A DNA stretch of 61,809 nucleotides, counting the filler. It is 9 parts of 9 records of this genome, joined end to end, with 100 filler letters (N's around TTAATTAATTAA, not from the genome) between each part and the next. Parts side by side here need not be neighbours in the genome. Positions count along the whole stretch, not along the records: positions 1 to 5,405 come from SRR31156797_38624; positions 5,506 to 12,059 come from SRR31156797_38644; 7 more parts are not named here. One strand, written 5' to 3'. Below the pieces are notes generated by a model, which saw nothing but the letters and a program-made list of their open reading frames with translations, was not told the DNA's origin and made no database searches. Position numbers and translations under genes: made by a program. Positions 1-9,518 of this stretch are shown here, piece by piece. Positions within the stretch are counted from its first letter, which is position 1; each line of letters starts with the position of its first letter.

Positions 1-972
1 GGAGGTTCCGTGGGCATTGATATAGTCAATTTCTTCAGGTGCCACCCGGGCTCTTTTCATGGCGCCTTTCATGGCTTTCGCCTGCATGTGGGGTTCGGGG
101 TCGGGCGCCGCGATGTGGTATGCGTCCGATGTGGCGCCGTAGCCGGATAGCTCGCAGTAAATGTGTGCACCCCGGTCAAGTGCATGGTTCAGCTCTTCTA
201 AAATGATGATGCCGGATCCTTCGCCCATGACAAAGCCATCCCGCTTTTTGTCAAAAGGCCGCGAGGCTTTATCAGGTTCGTCATTTCTCTTGCTCATGGC
301 GTTCATGGACACGAAACCACCGAATACAAAAGGGGTGATGCACGCATCGGCGCCCCCTGTGACCATGATTTTCTCTTCACCCAGAAGAATCTGTTTGTAG
401 GCTTCTATAATGGCATGGTTCGCGGATGCACAGGCGGTGGAGACGCTGCAGGCGGTCCCCTTAATGCCGAATGCCATGGTCACATTGACCGGTACGGAAC
501 ATATCTGAACATGGGGCAGTGCAAATGGGGAAACCCTTTTGGGGCCATTGTGTTTAAGAAATTGTCGATACCATTTTTCGCAGAGGTCCATGTTCTGGGC
601 GCCGATACCGAGTATGACCCCCATGTTACCGGGATCCATACCTTCGACCACATAGGTACGACGCCCTTTTTCCGGCTCAATGGCATCAAGCGTAAAGCCC
701 GCATCTTCCAAGGCCAGTCGGGTCGCGGCCATGGCAAATTCGGAAGTCCTGCCAAGATATCGGAAGTCTTTATTCCTGTGCAGGTAATCGGTCAGGGAAA
801 AATCGTCAATGGGGCAGGCGATCCGGCACGGATATTGATCCATTTCCCATCCTTCAAATTCAACATTTTTTGCGCCCGATTTGCCCTCCATGAGAGATTT
901 CCAGTAGGCTTTTTTTCCGATGCCGATAGGCGTTACCGGTCCCAGGCCGGTGATGACCGCTCTTTTTCGCAT
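1..972 (-). CDS. Beta-ketoacyl-ACP synthase II (FabF-like paralogue), 3' end outside window
   Basis: Not in the ORF track; translated by hand from ATG at 972: MRKRAVITGLGPVTPIGIG...STACASANHA (catalytic Cys)...ASRPFDKKRDGFVMGEGSG...GYGATSDAYH...YINAHGTS (His), open to the window edge. Confidence 0.92.
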   Translation of the reverse strand, partial: MRKRAVITGLGPVTPIGIGKKAYWKSLMEGKSGAKNVEFEGWEMDQYPCRIACPIDDFSLTDYLHRNKDFRYLGRTSEFAMAATRLALEDAGFTLDAIEPEKGRRTYVVEGMDPGNMGVILGIGAQNMDLCEKWYRQFLKHNGPKRVSPFALPHVQICSVPVNVTMAFGIKGTACSVSTACASANHAIIEAYKQILLGEEKIMVTGGADACITPFVFGGFVSMNAMSKRNDEPDKASRPFDKKRDGFVMGEGSGIIILEELNHALDRGAHIYCELSGYGATSDAYHIAAPDPEPHMQAKAMKGAMKRARVAPEEIDYINAHGTS

Positions 973-974
973 TT

Positions 975-3900
975 TCAGTTCCTCTCGCTAATTTTGATGC
1001 CAAGCGCGTCAGCCAGTTGCAACAGGTCGGCCAGCGCCTTTTCATAGTCAAAATCACTCATTTTTCTTTCAAGGGAGTTCATACGGATTTGGAAGCGGCT
1101 GCCATCCAGCAGCTCTTTAAGGCCGTCAAGGACCCGGTCCGCATCCAGGCTGGATTCCTTGAGAAGACCCTCCAATTCATATATCAGTGCTTCCACGGTT
1201 TTAAGGTCAATGGCCTGATCCTTCAAGGGCCCGGGGCCTGAATCGTTTTTACGGACGGGGCCTGAGGGTGCAACATTATCCATGGATCGAAGAACGGTTT
1301 CCAACTCTTGTTCAAACCGATGCATCCGATTTTCCATGGGTACAAGATCTCCGCTTTTGATGGCCTTTTCCAACTCCATGGCAGCGGTATTCAGATCATT
1401 TGCGCCCAGATTGCCCGCAACCCCCTTGATGTCGTGGACAAGGGTTGCCATGTCATCGAGTTGATTGTCATTCATGAGCCGGCGGAGCTTCGCGCCCATT
1501 GATCTGAATTCTTCTGCAAAATCCTGAAGCAGTTTCCCGTATAGCACCCGGTTGCCGGCAACCCGTGCGAGACCTTCCGTGATGTTCAGCCCGGCCATAT
1601 CTTCCATTTGGGAGAGGGTACCGGCCACGGCCTTTTCAGACGCAGGCGGACGAGTGCCTTCTCTTTTCTTTGGCGCGATCCATTTCACCAGGGCGGTGAA
1701 GAGTTTGTCCGGATCGATGGGTTTGGTGATGTGATCGTTCATGCCGGCTTCCAGGCTTTTTTCCCGATCACCGGCCAGGGCTTGAGCCGTCATGGCCAAA
1801 ATGGGAAGGTCCTTAAAGCGTGGGTTTTCCCGAATTCGGGCGGTGGCCTGGAACCCGTCCATGATCGGCATGTGAATATCCGTCAAAACCAGATCGAATG
1901 TGTTTTGTTCAACGGCCGAGACGGCCTCCTGTCCATTGGAGACCATGGAAACCGAAAGCCCTGCTTGTTCCAGTAACTCTTGCGCCACCTGCTGGTTGAT
2001 GACATTGTCCTCAACCAGTAGTACTCGGGCGCCCCTGATGCCTTCCAGCGCCTTTTCAACGGTGGACTCAATCCTGTTTGTTCTCGGCCGCTTAAGCACT
2101 TCCCGGCCAAATCTTTCCATGATGGGGGGCGAGGGGGATTTATCGGGTTGAACACCGAATTTTGCTGTAAAGAGAAAGGTGCTCCCCCGGCCGGGTTCGC
2201 TTTCCACACGGATATCACCCTCCATCATGTGGACCAGCCGTTTGGAGATGCTCAGACCCAGACCCGTCCCCCCATACCGGCGGGTTGTCCCTCGATCGGC
2301 CTGCGTAAAGGGCTGAAAAAGTTTTTCCCTCTCCTCCCGGCTCAAACCGATGCCGGTATCCTGAACGGAAAATTCAAGGGTTATCCTGTTTTCATGCTTT
2401 GCGAGGACCCGGATTCCCACGATCACTTTTCCCCGATCCGTAAATTTTACCGCATTGTTGGTCAGGTTGATTAAAACCTGCCCCAGTCGAAGGGGATCCC
2501 CCTCCAGGTGATTGGGCGTCTGGGGATCAATTTTGAAGAGGAATTCCAGTCCCTTTGCCTCCGCTTTCAGGTTGATGAGACTGGTCAGGTTATCCAACAC
2601 ATCCTTCAGCTGGAAATCCGCCAGTTCCATGTACAGTTTACCGGCTTCGATTTTGGAAAAATCGAGCACATCATTGATGATCCCCAGAAGAGAGTTTGAA
2701 GAATTCTGGATTTTATTCAAATAATCCGCTTGCTTGGCGGTGAGATCGGTCTTAAGGGCCAAGTGGCTCAATCCGATGACGGCATTCATGGGCGTTCTGA
2801 TTTCGTGGCTCATGTTGGCCAGAAACTCGCTTTTGAAACGGCTCATTTCATCGGCTTTCAATTTGGACAGACGCAGGGTTTTGGCCCTGGAGAGTGCTCG
2901 AATGAGGCTTGAAATGTTCAATAGAAAAAAAACAATTCCCACTGTCAGTAGCGGCATTAAAGGGGAAAGGAAAATGCCCTTGGCGGCAAACATCCACAGC
3001 GATCCCCACCACAGGGCCGCGCATAGAACGGCGGCTCCCAGGACACTAAAGAGGGGGTTTCGAGGTAGGAAGGTCAGGGACAGCAGCAGGCCGCTGGAAA
3101 GCATGAGCAACAATCCGATGGTGCCGGACCCGGAGGGTCGGGTTATGAAATGCCCCGTGAGGATATTGTCGACGACCGTGGCTTGAATTTCAACGCCGGG
3201 GCAGCTGTTACGCATGGGCGTGGTGTGCCGGTCACCGATTCCGGCGGCGGTGGTTCCCAAGAAGACGATTTTATCTTTCAACCGTTCGGCGGGGATTTCA
3301 TCGTTGAGAATATCAAGGGCTGAAATACGGTCTATGGTTGTTTCGGGGGTACCAAACCTTATCCACAAACAGCCGGAACCGTCAAGGGGTACCACCAGTT
3401 GACCCAGACGCATGAGGATGCTGCCGTCGGCTTTGACCTTGAGTATTACACTTTGGATGTTCATGGCGTGTATGAGATTGGCCACGGCCAGGCTGGGATA
3501 GAGTCTCCCCTCATGGGAGACCAGTAATGGGGTACGCCTGATGACCCCGTCCCTATCCAGCAGGGTATTGATGAATCCCGAATCTTTGGCGGCATTGCTC
3601 AACACTTGGAGGGTGCAGATTGTGCCGTCGCCGTTCAGCAGGTGATCGGCCGGATCCCATCCCCCCGACGGTTTAATGACGGCTGCTTTTAGTGGCATGA
3701 GATGGCACGGTTCAGATGTTAGCGGCGGCGGATGGTCGTGAAAAAGGAAGGCATAGCTCAACACAAACGGCCCACGTTGAAGAACCCTTGCCAGGAGTTG
3801 GTCATTATCTTTGAGATCGTCGGGGAGACCCGTTACCCGTACCTTGACTTTCAGGTCCCGCAAGAGTTCTTTCTGGAAAACCACCGGTGAGGTTCGGTCC

Positions 3901-4220
3901 GGTTCAGGGAACATCACGTCCAGTCCGATACTGGCCGGACCCAGTCGTTTGATCTTTTCCGCCAGCAACGCCATGCGGTAGCGCGGCCATGGCCACTGGC
4001 CGAATTCGCGGATCGTTTTTTCATCCAGGGTTACCACGACAGGCACATGTGATCTTTTTTCCCGGGGGTGAGTCCTCAAAAAAAAATCATAGACTTTATA
4101 CTGCAACGACTCCAAAAAGGTAGGATGAACAAGGGCAAGGCCTGCCATCAACAGGGTCATGAAAAGACCCGGGATCAGGCTTTTCGGACCATTTCCGATC
4201 ATGGGTTTTTCATCCGGCAC
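975..4220 (-). CDS. CHASE2-domain hybrid sensor histidine kinase (TM-CHASE2-3TM-HisKA-HATPase-REC-HPt)
   Basis: CHASE2 motifs ([34 protein letters not shown]), H-box SHEIRTP, GGTGLGL, receiver LTDIHMP, HPt [12 protein letters not shown]. Confidence 0.93.
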   Translation of the reverse strand: MPDEKPMIGNGPKSLIPGLFMTLLMAGLALVHPTFLESLQYKVYDFFLRTHPREKRSHVPVVVTLDEKTIREFGQWPWPRYRMALLAEKIKRLGPASIGLDVMFPEPDRTSPVVFQKELLRDLKVKVRVTGLPDDLKDNDQLLARVLQRGPFVLSYAFLFHDHPPPLTSEPCHLMPLKAAVIKPSGGWDPADHLLNGDGTICTLQVLSNAAKDSGFINTLLDRDGVIRRTPLLVSHEGRLYPSLAVANLIHAMNIQSVILKVKADGSILMRLGQLVVPLDGSGCLWIRFGTPETTIDRISALDILNDEIPAERLKDKIVFLGTTAAGIGDRHTTPMRNSCPGVEIQATVVDNILTGHFITRPSGSGTIGLLLMLSSGLLLSLTFLPRNPLFSVLGAAVLCAALWWGSLWMFAAKGIFLSPLMPLLTVGIVFFLLNISSLIRALSRAKTLRLSKLKADEMSRFKSEFLANMSHEIRTPMNAVIGLSHLALKTDLTAKQADYLNKIQNSSNSLLGIINDVLDFSKIEAGKLYMELADFQLKDVLDNLTSLINLKAEAKGLEFLFKIDPQTPNHLEGDPLRLGQVLINLTNNAVKFTDRGKVIVGIRVLAKHENRITLEFSVQDTGIGLSREEREKLFQPFTQADRGTTRRYGGTGLGLSISKRLVHMMEGDIRVESEPGRGSTFLFTAKFGVQPDKSPSPPIMERFGREVLKRPRTNRIESTVEKALEGIRGARVLLVEDNVINQQVAQELLEQAGLSVSMVSNGQEAVSAVEQNTFDLVLTDIHMPIMDGFQATARIRENPRFKDLPILAMTAQALAGDREKSLEAGMNDHITKPIDPDKLFTALVKWIAPKKREGTRPPASEKAVAGTLSQMEDMAGLNITEGLARVAGNRVLYGKLLQDFAEEFRSMGAKLRRLMNDNQLDDMATLVHDIKGVAGNLGANDLNTAAMELEKAIKSGDLVPMENRMHRFEQELETVLRSMDNVAPSGPVRKNDSGPGPLKDQAIDLKTVEALIYELEGLLKESSLDADRVLDGLKELLDGSRFQIRMNSLERKMSDFDYEKALADLLQLADALGIKISERN

Positions 4221-4249
4221 GGCACCCCTTTTTTGAGGAAAGGCCCCAA

Positions 4250-4861
4250 TTATCTGACGGTGACGTCCACCCTGCGATTTTTGGGTTCAGCCACTTCATC
4301 CGCGGTGGCAATAAGCGGGTTGCTTTCGCCATGGGCATCCACGTGGATGAGATTCGATTCAACCCCTTTTTTAACGAGCAGGGATTTAACGGCCTCGGCG
4401 CGTTTGCGGGAGAGACGAAAATTGAGGTCTTCCGCGCCCACTCGATCCGTGTGTCCCACCACACTGATGTCCTTTGATTTTCTGGAGGTAATGGCTGCGA
4501 AGATATCGGGAAGCATATCTCTGGAAGTTGCTGTCAACTGATTTGTGCCGCTCTTAAAATATAGACTGAAAGTGGCGGGTTGACCGGGATCCGCTGCCAG
4601 GGCCATACCGAATTTTTCCTGGATGGTTTCTTGACCCATTTTTTCCGGTTGGCTGGGTAGCTCCTGGGCGGATGATACCTGGGTGGCATGGTCTGCCTGG
4701 GACACAATCCGGGTGCCCTTATGGGTTGTTACGGCGAGTTCACCGACACTGCCATCGGGGTCGGGTAGTAGGACAAAGGTGGTTTTTTTCGCACAGCCCG
4801 TAACGGAAAATGTCAATAAAAGAGCAACAACAGCAAAAACCACAATGGTCAGATCCCGCAT
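4250..4861 (-). CDS. OmpA-family peptidoglycan-binding lipoprotein
   Basis: Lipobox VTGC; OmpA C-terminal motifs [22 protein letters not shown]; start moved to ATG 4861 behind AGGAGG. Confidence 0.9.
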   Translation of the reverse strand: MRDLTIVVFAVVALLLTFSVTGCAKKTTFVLLPDPDGSVGELAVTTHKGTRIVSQADHATQVSSAQELPSQPEKMGQETIQEKFGMALAADPGQPATFSLYFKSGTNQLTATSRDMLPDIFAAITSRKSKDISVVGHTDRVGAEDLNFRLSRKRAEAVKSLLVKKGVESNLIHVDAHGESNPLIATADEVAEPKNRRVDVTVR

Positions 4862-4889
4862 CCTTAACCCTCCTATTTTCCCATGCATC

Positions 4890-5330
4890 CTACTCAACCT
4901 CAATCAAGAACCGGGTGCCCCTTATGCCGAGTACCGCCATCGGTGTTTCCACACGGGTGGCACCGGGGGATAGTTTGTTGATTTTACCCGATAAATAGGC
5001 CGCCGTCCCCTTTGATATTTTGGATAGGAAGCCCAGCTTCCCTTCCGCCGGTGAAAAAAGAAACTCATCGATGACGATGCGGGTATCGGGGCCCAGGGAA
5101 AGGGTGGTGTCATCCCGAAAGATGACCCCCATGGTCCCCTCGGGACCTGTCTTAAGCACGTCTTTTACATGGATTTTCATCCCGGCTGTTGCGGGTTGAA
5201 TGCTTGCATCTCTTTCAATGGACGCTTTTCCACTGGAATTTTTTATAACGCCGGCAACCGGCTCTTCGGCGAAGACAGGGACATGGATAAGGAAAAAGAG
5301 CAATGCGGATAAGAGGATGGCAGGTTTCAT
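4890..5330 (-). CDS. Secreted FecR-domain protein
   Basis: Signal peptide (..VPVFA); FecR motifs FRDDTTLSLGPDT and ETPMAVLGIRGTRF; no cytoplasmic anti-sigma region. Confidence 0.85.
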   Translation of the reverse strand: MKPAILLSALLFFLIHVPVFAEEPVAGVIKNSSGKASIERDASIQPATAGMKIHVKDVLKTGPEGTMGVIFRDDTTLSLGPDTRIVIDEFLFSPAEGKLGFLSKISKGTAAYLSGKINKLSPGATRVETPMAVLGIRGTRFLIEVE

Positions 5331-5405
5331 GATGGTTCCTCCATGGATCAGATTTGAACAAATATTTGCAGTTTTTGGGTCATCGCGGATTAGCGTGAAT
5401 TTGTC

Positions 5406-5505
5406 NNNNNNNNNNNNNNNNNNNNNNNNNNNNNNNNNNNNNNNNNNNNTTAATTAATTAANNNNNNNNNNNNNNNNNNNNNNNNNNNNNNNNNNNNNNN
5501 NNNNN
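5406..5505. other. Artificial contig linker
   Basis: 44 N + TTAATTAATTAA (stops in all six frames) + 44 N. Confidence 0.99.
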
Positions 5506-5506
5506 A

Positions 5507-5566
5507 ACGCCCCTCTTTAGCGAGTGAGCAGGATACACGCCCCACTTCAGCGAGTTAGGAGTATAA
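5507..5566. repeat. Imperfect 30-bp tandem repeat (2 copies, 24/30 identical) at contig end
   Basis: ACGCCCCTCTTTAGCGAGTGAGCAGGATAC / ACGCCCCACTTCAGCGAGTTAGGAGTATAA, followed by a degenerate partial third unit. Confidence 0.6.
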
Positions 5567-5614
5567 GCCCCCAAAAGTCAGCGAATAAGAAAAGCCTGAC
5601 CCCGTTTGTACTTT

Positions 5615-6157
5615 TTATGCATTAGGCAAAATATTGGAAAACTGATACTCCTCAGCCTTCTCACCAAGGCTCAACTCATAATCGGTCTCCCCCCACTGCT
5701 CGATGGTGAGGTAGAATTTCCCTGAGTCGTCGACATAGTCCCACTTGAACACCTCCCGGCCGGGGGCATCGTCCTTGAAGAACAGGGCCCCGCCGGTCTC
5801 GTCCAGGTGAAACGTCTTTCCTTCAAAGGTGATGGTGTCGGGGGCATCGTCGGATTCGGTGATCTCCCTTCGCACCCCTTCGTCAAGGCTTCGGAACGGG
5901 CGTTTCCGGCTGATGGACCAGTAATCCTCGTCATCGGGCTCAAGCTCCAGGAAGAGGGTGTCGTCATGGCTCTCAAGCTGCCACTCGTGGGTGATGTCTC
6001 CCTCACCCCAGTCATAGCGGTTGGTTGAGACCACCGTCCAGGTCTTGAGGTCATAGTCCACATAATACCCGGTCTTCATCTTCTTGAGGGTGAGGCCGGA
6101 AATCGGGTCCACCGATTCCGACCCCGATTTTTTTTTGAAAAAATCAAATAATCCCAT
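5615..6157 (-). CDS. DUF4178-like protein
   Basis: Likely start MGLFDFFKKK at 6157; acidic, beta-rich protein (YDWGEG..EWQL, LTIEQWG); position directly after pspA fits known PspA-DUF4178 operons. Confidence 0.7.
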   Translation of the reverse strand: MGLFDFFKKKSGSESVDPISGLTLKKMKTGYYVDYDLKTWTVVSTNRYDWGEGDITHEWQLESHDDTLFLELEPDDEDYWSISRKRPFRSLDEGVRREITESDDAPDTITFEGKTFHLDETGGALFFKDDAPGREVFKWDYVDDSGKFYLTIEQWGETDYELSLGEKAEEYQFSNILPNA

Positions 6158-6170
6158 TGTTTTCAGGAGA

Positions 6171-6872
6171 TCAGGAGATCCCCATCCTTTTCTTAAGGTC
6201 CATAAGATCGGCGGAAGCACCGCCAGAAGAACCGTTCAGGGCGTTATCGATTTCGCTGTCAACGCTTGTGTCGGCACCGGCCACTTCGCCATAGGCCTCG
6301 GCAAGGGATTCGTCCTCCTCGACCTTTGCCTTCATTTTCTCCAGCATGGCAATGGTGGAGGAGCTGTCGATCCTGGCAAGCTGGGCATTGATCTTTTTGG
6401 TGGACTGGGCGGTCCTGGCCCTGGCCTTGAGGGTGATGAGATCGTTCTCATAGGAGGTGATGGTGGATTTCAGCTTGCTCACCTTGGCCTGGAGGTCGGC
6501 GGCCCGTTTCTCGTGGCCGGTTGCCTCCGCTGCCAGGCGCTCCGCGTCTGCCGCACTCTCCTCTTTCCTGTTCAGGGCTTCGGTGGCAAGGCGTTCCGCC
6601 TCAGCCTGGCCGAGCTGGCCGCCCTGCATCTTCTGGAGCAGCAGCATGGCTTTCCGTTCGTAATCCTGGCCGAGGTTCTGCTTCTTGTCCGCCTCTTTCC
6701 GGGTCCTGATGGCGATGCCCTTGACTTCGGCAAGGCTTGTCATGGCAGCGGTGAGATCCTTTTTCAGGTCCCGGATGCCCTGCTCCGTCATTTTGATGGG
6801 GTCTTCCATTTTATCTATGACTGCGTGGGCCTGGGATTCACCCACCTTAAAGAGTCTCTTGAAAAATGACAT
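6171..6872 (-). CDS. pspA: PspA/IM30 family protein
   Basis: Amphipathic N-terminus MSFFKRL, EDPIKMTEQ motif, long coiled coil, LKARA, C-terminal LMDLKKRMG. Confidence 0.92.
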   Translation of the reverse strand: MSFFKRLFKVGESQAHAVIDKMEDPIKMTEQGIRDLKKDLTAAMTSLAEVKGIAIRTRKEADKKQNLGQDYERKAMLLLQKMQGGQLGQAEAERLATEALNRKEESAADAERLAAEATGHEKRAADLQAKVSKLKSTITSYENDLITLKARARTAQSTKKINAQLARIDSSSTIAMLEKMKAKVEEDESLAEAYGEVAGADTSVDSEIDNALNGSSGGASADLMDLKKRMGIS

Positions 6873-6890
6873 TGTTTCTTCTCCTTGATA

Positions 6891-7280
6891 TTATACGTAT
6901 TCCAACAGTTCTGACCCGTATTCCGACAGGGCAAGTGTCAGGGCGTGAATGGAGCCCTCGAGTTCGTTTCTGTCAAGATTTTCAAGCTGCAGGGTGTCCC
7001 TGAAGATGATGTAGGTCTCGGTCTCATCCACCACAAAGGCGCCGTGGACAAGTTCCCTGTTGAGCTGGAGCAGGCGCTTGTAGAGGGTTTCGGTTTTTCC
7101 CGGAACCTTCATGATCACCTGTTCCAGGACAACGATGGGGGCTTCGCAGTCTATTACCAGATTTTTGATGCCGTTTTCTTCATCTTCGACAATGACAAGC
7201 TCTTCCGCTTCGTCCTCGTCGACGACGGAGATCTCCATGTCGTTCAGGAATTCCTTTACAAGGGTGAATTTATCTTCCAT
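6891..7280 (-). CDS. YbjN / type III chaperone-like protein
   Basis: Acidic 129-aa protein with LLQLNRELVHGAF and RDTLQLENLD motifs; directly upstream of pspA. Confidence 0.75.
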   Translation of the reverse strand: MEDKFTLVKEFLNDMEISVVDEDEAEELVIVEDEENGIKNLVIDCEAPIVVLEQVIMKVPGKTETLYKRLLQLNRELVHGAFVVDETETYIIFRDTLQLENLDRNELEGSIHALTLALSEYGSELLEYV

Positions 7281-7304
7281 TTAGGTTCTCCTTCAATTCT
7301 AAGG

Positions 7305-8333
7305 TTAGCCAAGTTCCGGTCTTTCCGCTGCAATGATGATGAGAAAGTCGTCCTCTTTCAGGACATAGTCGTTTTCGGGGTTGGCAACCAGGGTGGTTTC
7401 TGATTTGTCTTCGACCCCTATGCAGAGGATATTTTCCTTTTCCTTCAGCCGGCACATGGCGTTGAAAAACGAATTTCCAACAAGATAAGGCGGCATTTTG
7501 ATCTTGTAAAGCTCATTTCCGTACCGATTGCTCACAAGTTCGCTTACGAACCGGGTCACGCCGTGGTCAAGGGCCGCCTGGACCAGGAGATTGGTGGAAA
7601 TTTCCCCCGCCACGATGATCTCGTCCGCCCCGGCAAGCTTCAGGTGACCCATGTTTTGGGAATCCATGAGTTCCACGCAGGTGTAAAGGTCCGGCACATG
7701 GTTTTTCATTGTCATGGTGGCGAGGATGGTTTTTGCGTCCCGGGCATAGGTGTCAAGGGCGTCGTCCGACAGGATGATGGCGGCCGATGCCTTGTCCGCA
7801 CCTGCCCTGTTCAGGGTGGCGGGGGCTGTCTGTCCCCTGACAAAAAAGAGGTTCCCGTGAAGGTCGGGTGCTTCCTCCATATCGGCAATGATGACAATGG
7901 GGATCTTTTCACATTTGGGATCCGTTCTCATCTCCTGGATAATGGTCTCCCCCCGAAAGTTCCAGCCGCAGATGATAAAATGGTCCTTGAGATCGGTTGT
8001 TTTCATCCCTCGTTTCTCCATGAACTTGTTTTCGATAAACAGGCTGGCAATGGTCGCCGTTAAAAGACCGAGCAGGCCGATTCCGGACAGCATCACCAGA
8101 ATGCCGACAATTCTTCCGCCGGGGGTAGCGGGCGAGATGTCCCCATACCCCACCGTTGTCATGGTGACAACACACCACCACAGGGCGTCGCTGAAGGCCA
8201 GTTCCTTTTCAAAAAGGACCAGCAGCACGCTTCCCGATATAAAGACACCAATGGCAAAAAAGAGAATCCGGTGCATGTTTTCCCTTTTAAGCAGGTGCAA
8301 CAGACGTGTCAGTACAGTAACTATGTTCACCAT
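7305..8333 (-). CDS. Two-TM potassium channel with RCK (TrkA-N/C) domains
   Basis: Selectivity filter TMTTVGYGD; Rossmann-like IIICGWN; start at ATG 8333 behind AAGGAG. Confidence 0.92.
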   Translation of the reverse strand: MVNIVTVLTRLLHLLKRENMHRILFFAIGVFISGSVLLVLFEKELAFSDALWWCVVTMTTVGYGDISPATPGGRIVGILVMLSGIGLLGLLTATIASLFIENKFMEKRGMKTTDLKDHFIICGWNFRGETIIQEMRTDPKCEKIPIVIIADMEEAPDLHGNLFFVRGQTAPATLNRAGADKASAAIILSDDALDTYARDAKTILATMTMKNHVPDLYTCVELMDSQNMGHLKLAGADEIIVAGEISTNLLVQAALDHGVTRFVSELVSNRYGNELYKIKMPPYLVGNSFFNAMCRLKEKENILCIGVEDKSETTLVANPENDYVLKEDDFLIIIAAERPELG

Positions 8334-8407
8334 GGTTCTTCTCCTTTCCCCTGGGTTATGTGCAGATTTGGCCGATTTTTTCAAGACAATAGATTTGCGT
8401 TCCGGTC

Positions 8408-8436
8408 TTGTAAACCATGTTTTTTGATGTTATTAT
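8408..8436 (+). promoter_or_regulatory. Putative sigma-70 promoter for the NifU-like/TetR genes
   Basis: TTGTAA-N17-TATTAT with TG extended -10, 42 bp upstream of ATG 8479. Confidence 0.5.
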
Positions 8437-8478
8437 ACGGCGTTTTAAGATTTTGTTTGTAACAATAAGAGTAGAGAG

Positions 8479-8925
8479 ATGACCGAAAACAATAAAATGA
8501 ATTTCTGGCAGGATCACTCCCTTGAATACCTTGAGATGGCGTTGAAGAGAGATTTCCAGGAGAGGGTTGAAAATCCCGACGGCTATGGAAAGAGAACCGG
8601 CGAATGTGGTGATACGGTAGAGTTCTTTTTGATGGAGACAGATGGCGTTATCTCTTCTGTCTCCTATGATGTTGATGGGTGTAAAAACACCAACGCCTGC
8701 GCCAACACCGTGGTTAAATTTGCAACGGGAAGGAGCGTGGCCGACGCATGGAACATTACCCATGAGGATGTTTCCGACTATCTGAAGACATTGCCTTCCC
8801 ATGATAGCCATTGTGCCGAACTTGCCGTGGGCGCCTTTTATCTTGCGTTAAGGGACCTTGCCGGGCATTCCAACCAAACCGATACAGAGGAGAATACCAC
8901 CGATGGGCAGGATGTCATCGTTTGA
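8479..8925 (+). CDS. NifU/IscU N-terminal-like Fe-S scaffold protein
   Basis: Motifs GECGDTV, DGCKNTNAC, HCAELAV. Confidence 0.85.
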   Translation: MTENNKMNFWQDHSLEYLEMALKRDFQERVENPDGYGKRTGECGDTVEFFLMETDGVISSVSYDVDGCKNTNACANTVVKFATGRSVADAWNITHEDVSDYLKTLPSHDSHCAELAVGAFYLALRDLAGHSNQTDTEENTTDGQDVIV

Positions 8926-9514
8926 AAGACTGAGGGAAAATGAGCGGGAGATAAGAAAAGAACTGATTATCACCGCCGCCATGGAGCTGTTTGAGAAGAA
9001 AAACTTCTGGGACATCAGCATGCGGGATATTGCCAACACGGCAGGGGTTTCGGCCTCATCCCTCTATCGCTATTTCCCGAGCCGGGACGACCTTTTTATT
9101 GAGGCGCTGCTCCAGGATATCGGCCATATTGAAAAGCTCCTCAAGGAGCGAATGGTAAAGGGTGAGGGGATCGAGGAGCTTGCCATTGCCGTTGTGGACT
9201 ATTGCCTGGACAACGAGCCCACCTTTCAGATGATGTGCCATTTTCTCATGCGGGGGGACGAAAACCCCAGCGTGAGCGAGAAGTTCAGCTCGGTTCAGTT
9301 CCGTTTTCTTGAGATGTTTGAAAAGGTTGTCAAGAGCATTGCCGGTGAAGATGCGGTGACCGAATTTCACATCCAGGCCTTTTTTGCCTCCCTTTCCGGC
9401 ATCGTCATGACCTTCAGGCATTTTCCAGGTTATACCGACGATGAACGGCGGGCTTACATCCACAAGCTTGCCCTGCTCATCATGCGCGAGGGCGGCGGCC
9501 TCGGCAAAAGCTGA
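8903..9514 (+). CDS. TetR/AcrR family regulator
   Basis: HTH ISMRDIANTAGVSASSLYRYFPSRDDL; start ATG 8903 behind GAGGAG, overlapping the upstream gene. Confidence 0.9.
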   Translation: MGRMSSFERLRENEREIRKELIITAAMELFEKKNFWDISMRDIANTAGVSASSLYRYFPSRDDLFIEALLQDIGHIEKLLKERMVKGEGIEELAIAVVDYCLDNEPTFQMMCHFLMRGDENPSVSEKFSSVQFRFLEMFEKVVKSIAGEDAVTEFHIQAFFASLSGIVMTFRHFPGYTDDERRAYIHKLALLIMREGGGLGKS

Positions 9515-9518
9515 CCTG

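Noticed and set aside
415-1047. 210-aa plus-strand ORF (and 161-400)
   Set aside because: Antisense to the FabF-like gene, which the ORF track missed because it has no stop in the window
5450-5461. Recurring TTAATTAATTAA palindrome as a biological repeat or CRISPR repeat
   Set aside because: Always centred in 44+44 Ns; it is a six-frame stop linker added during concatenation
5507-5590. 30-bp repeats as a CRISPR array
   Set aside because: Units are head-to-tail with no spacers, are degenerate, and no cas genes are present
6084-6869. 261-aa plus-strand ORF
   Set aside because: Antisense shadow of pspA
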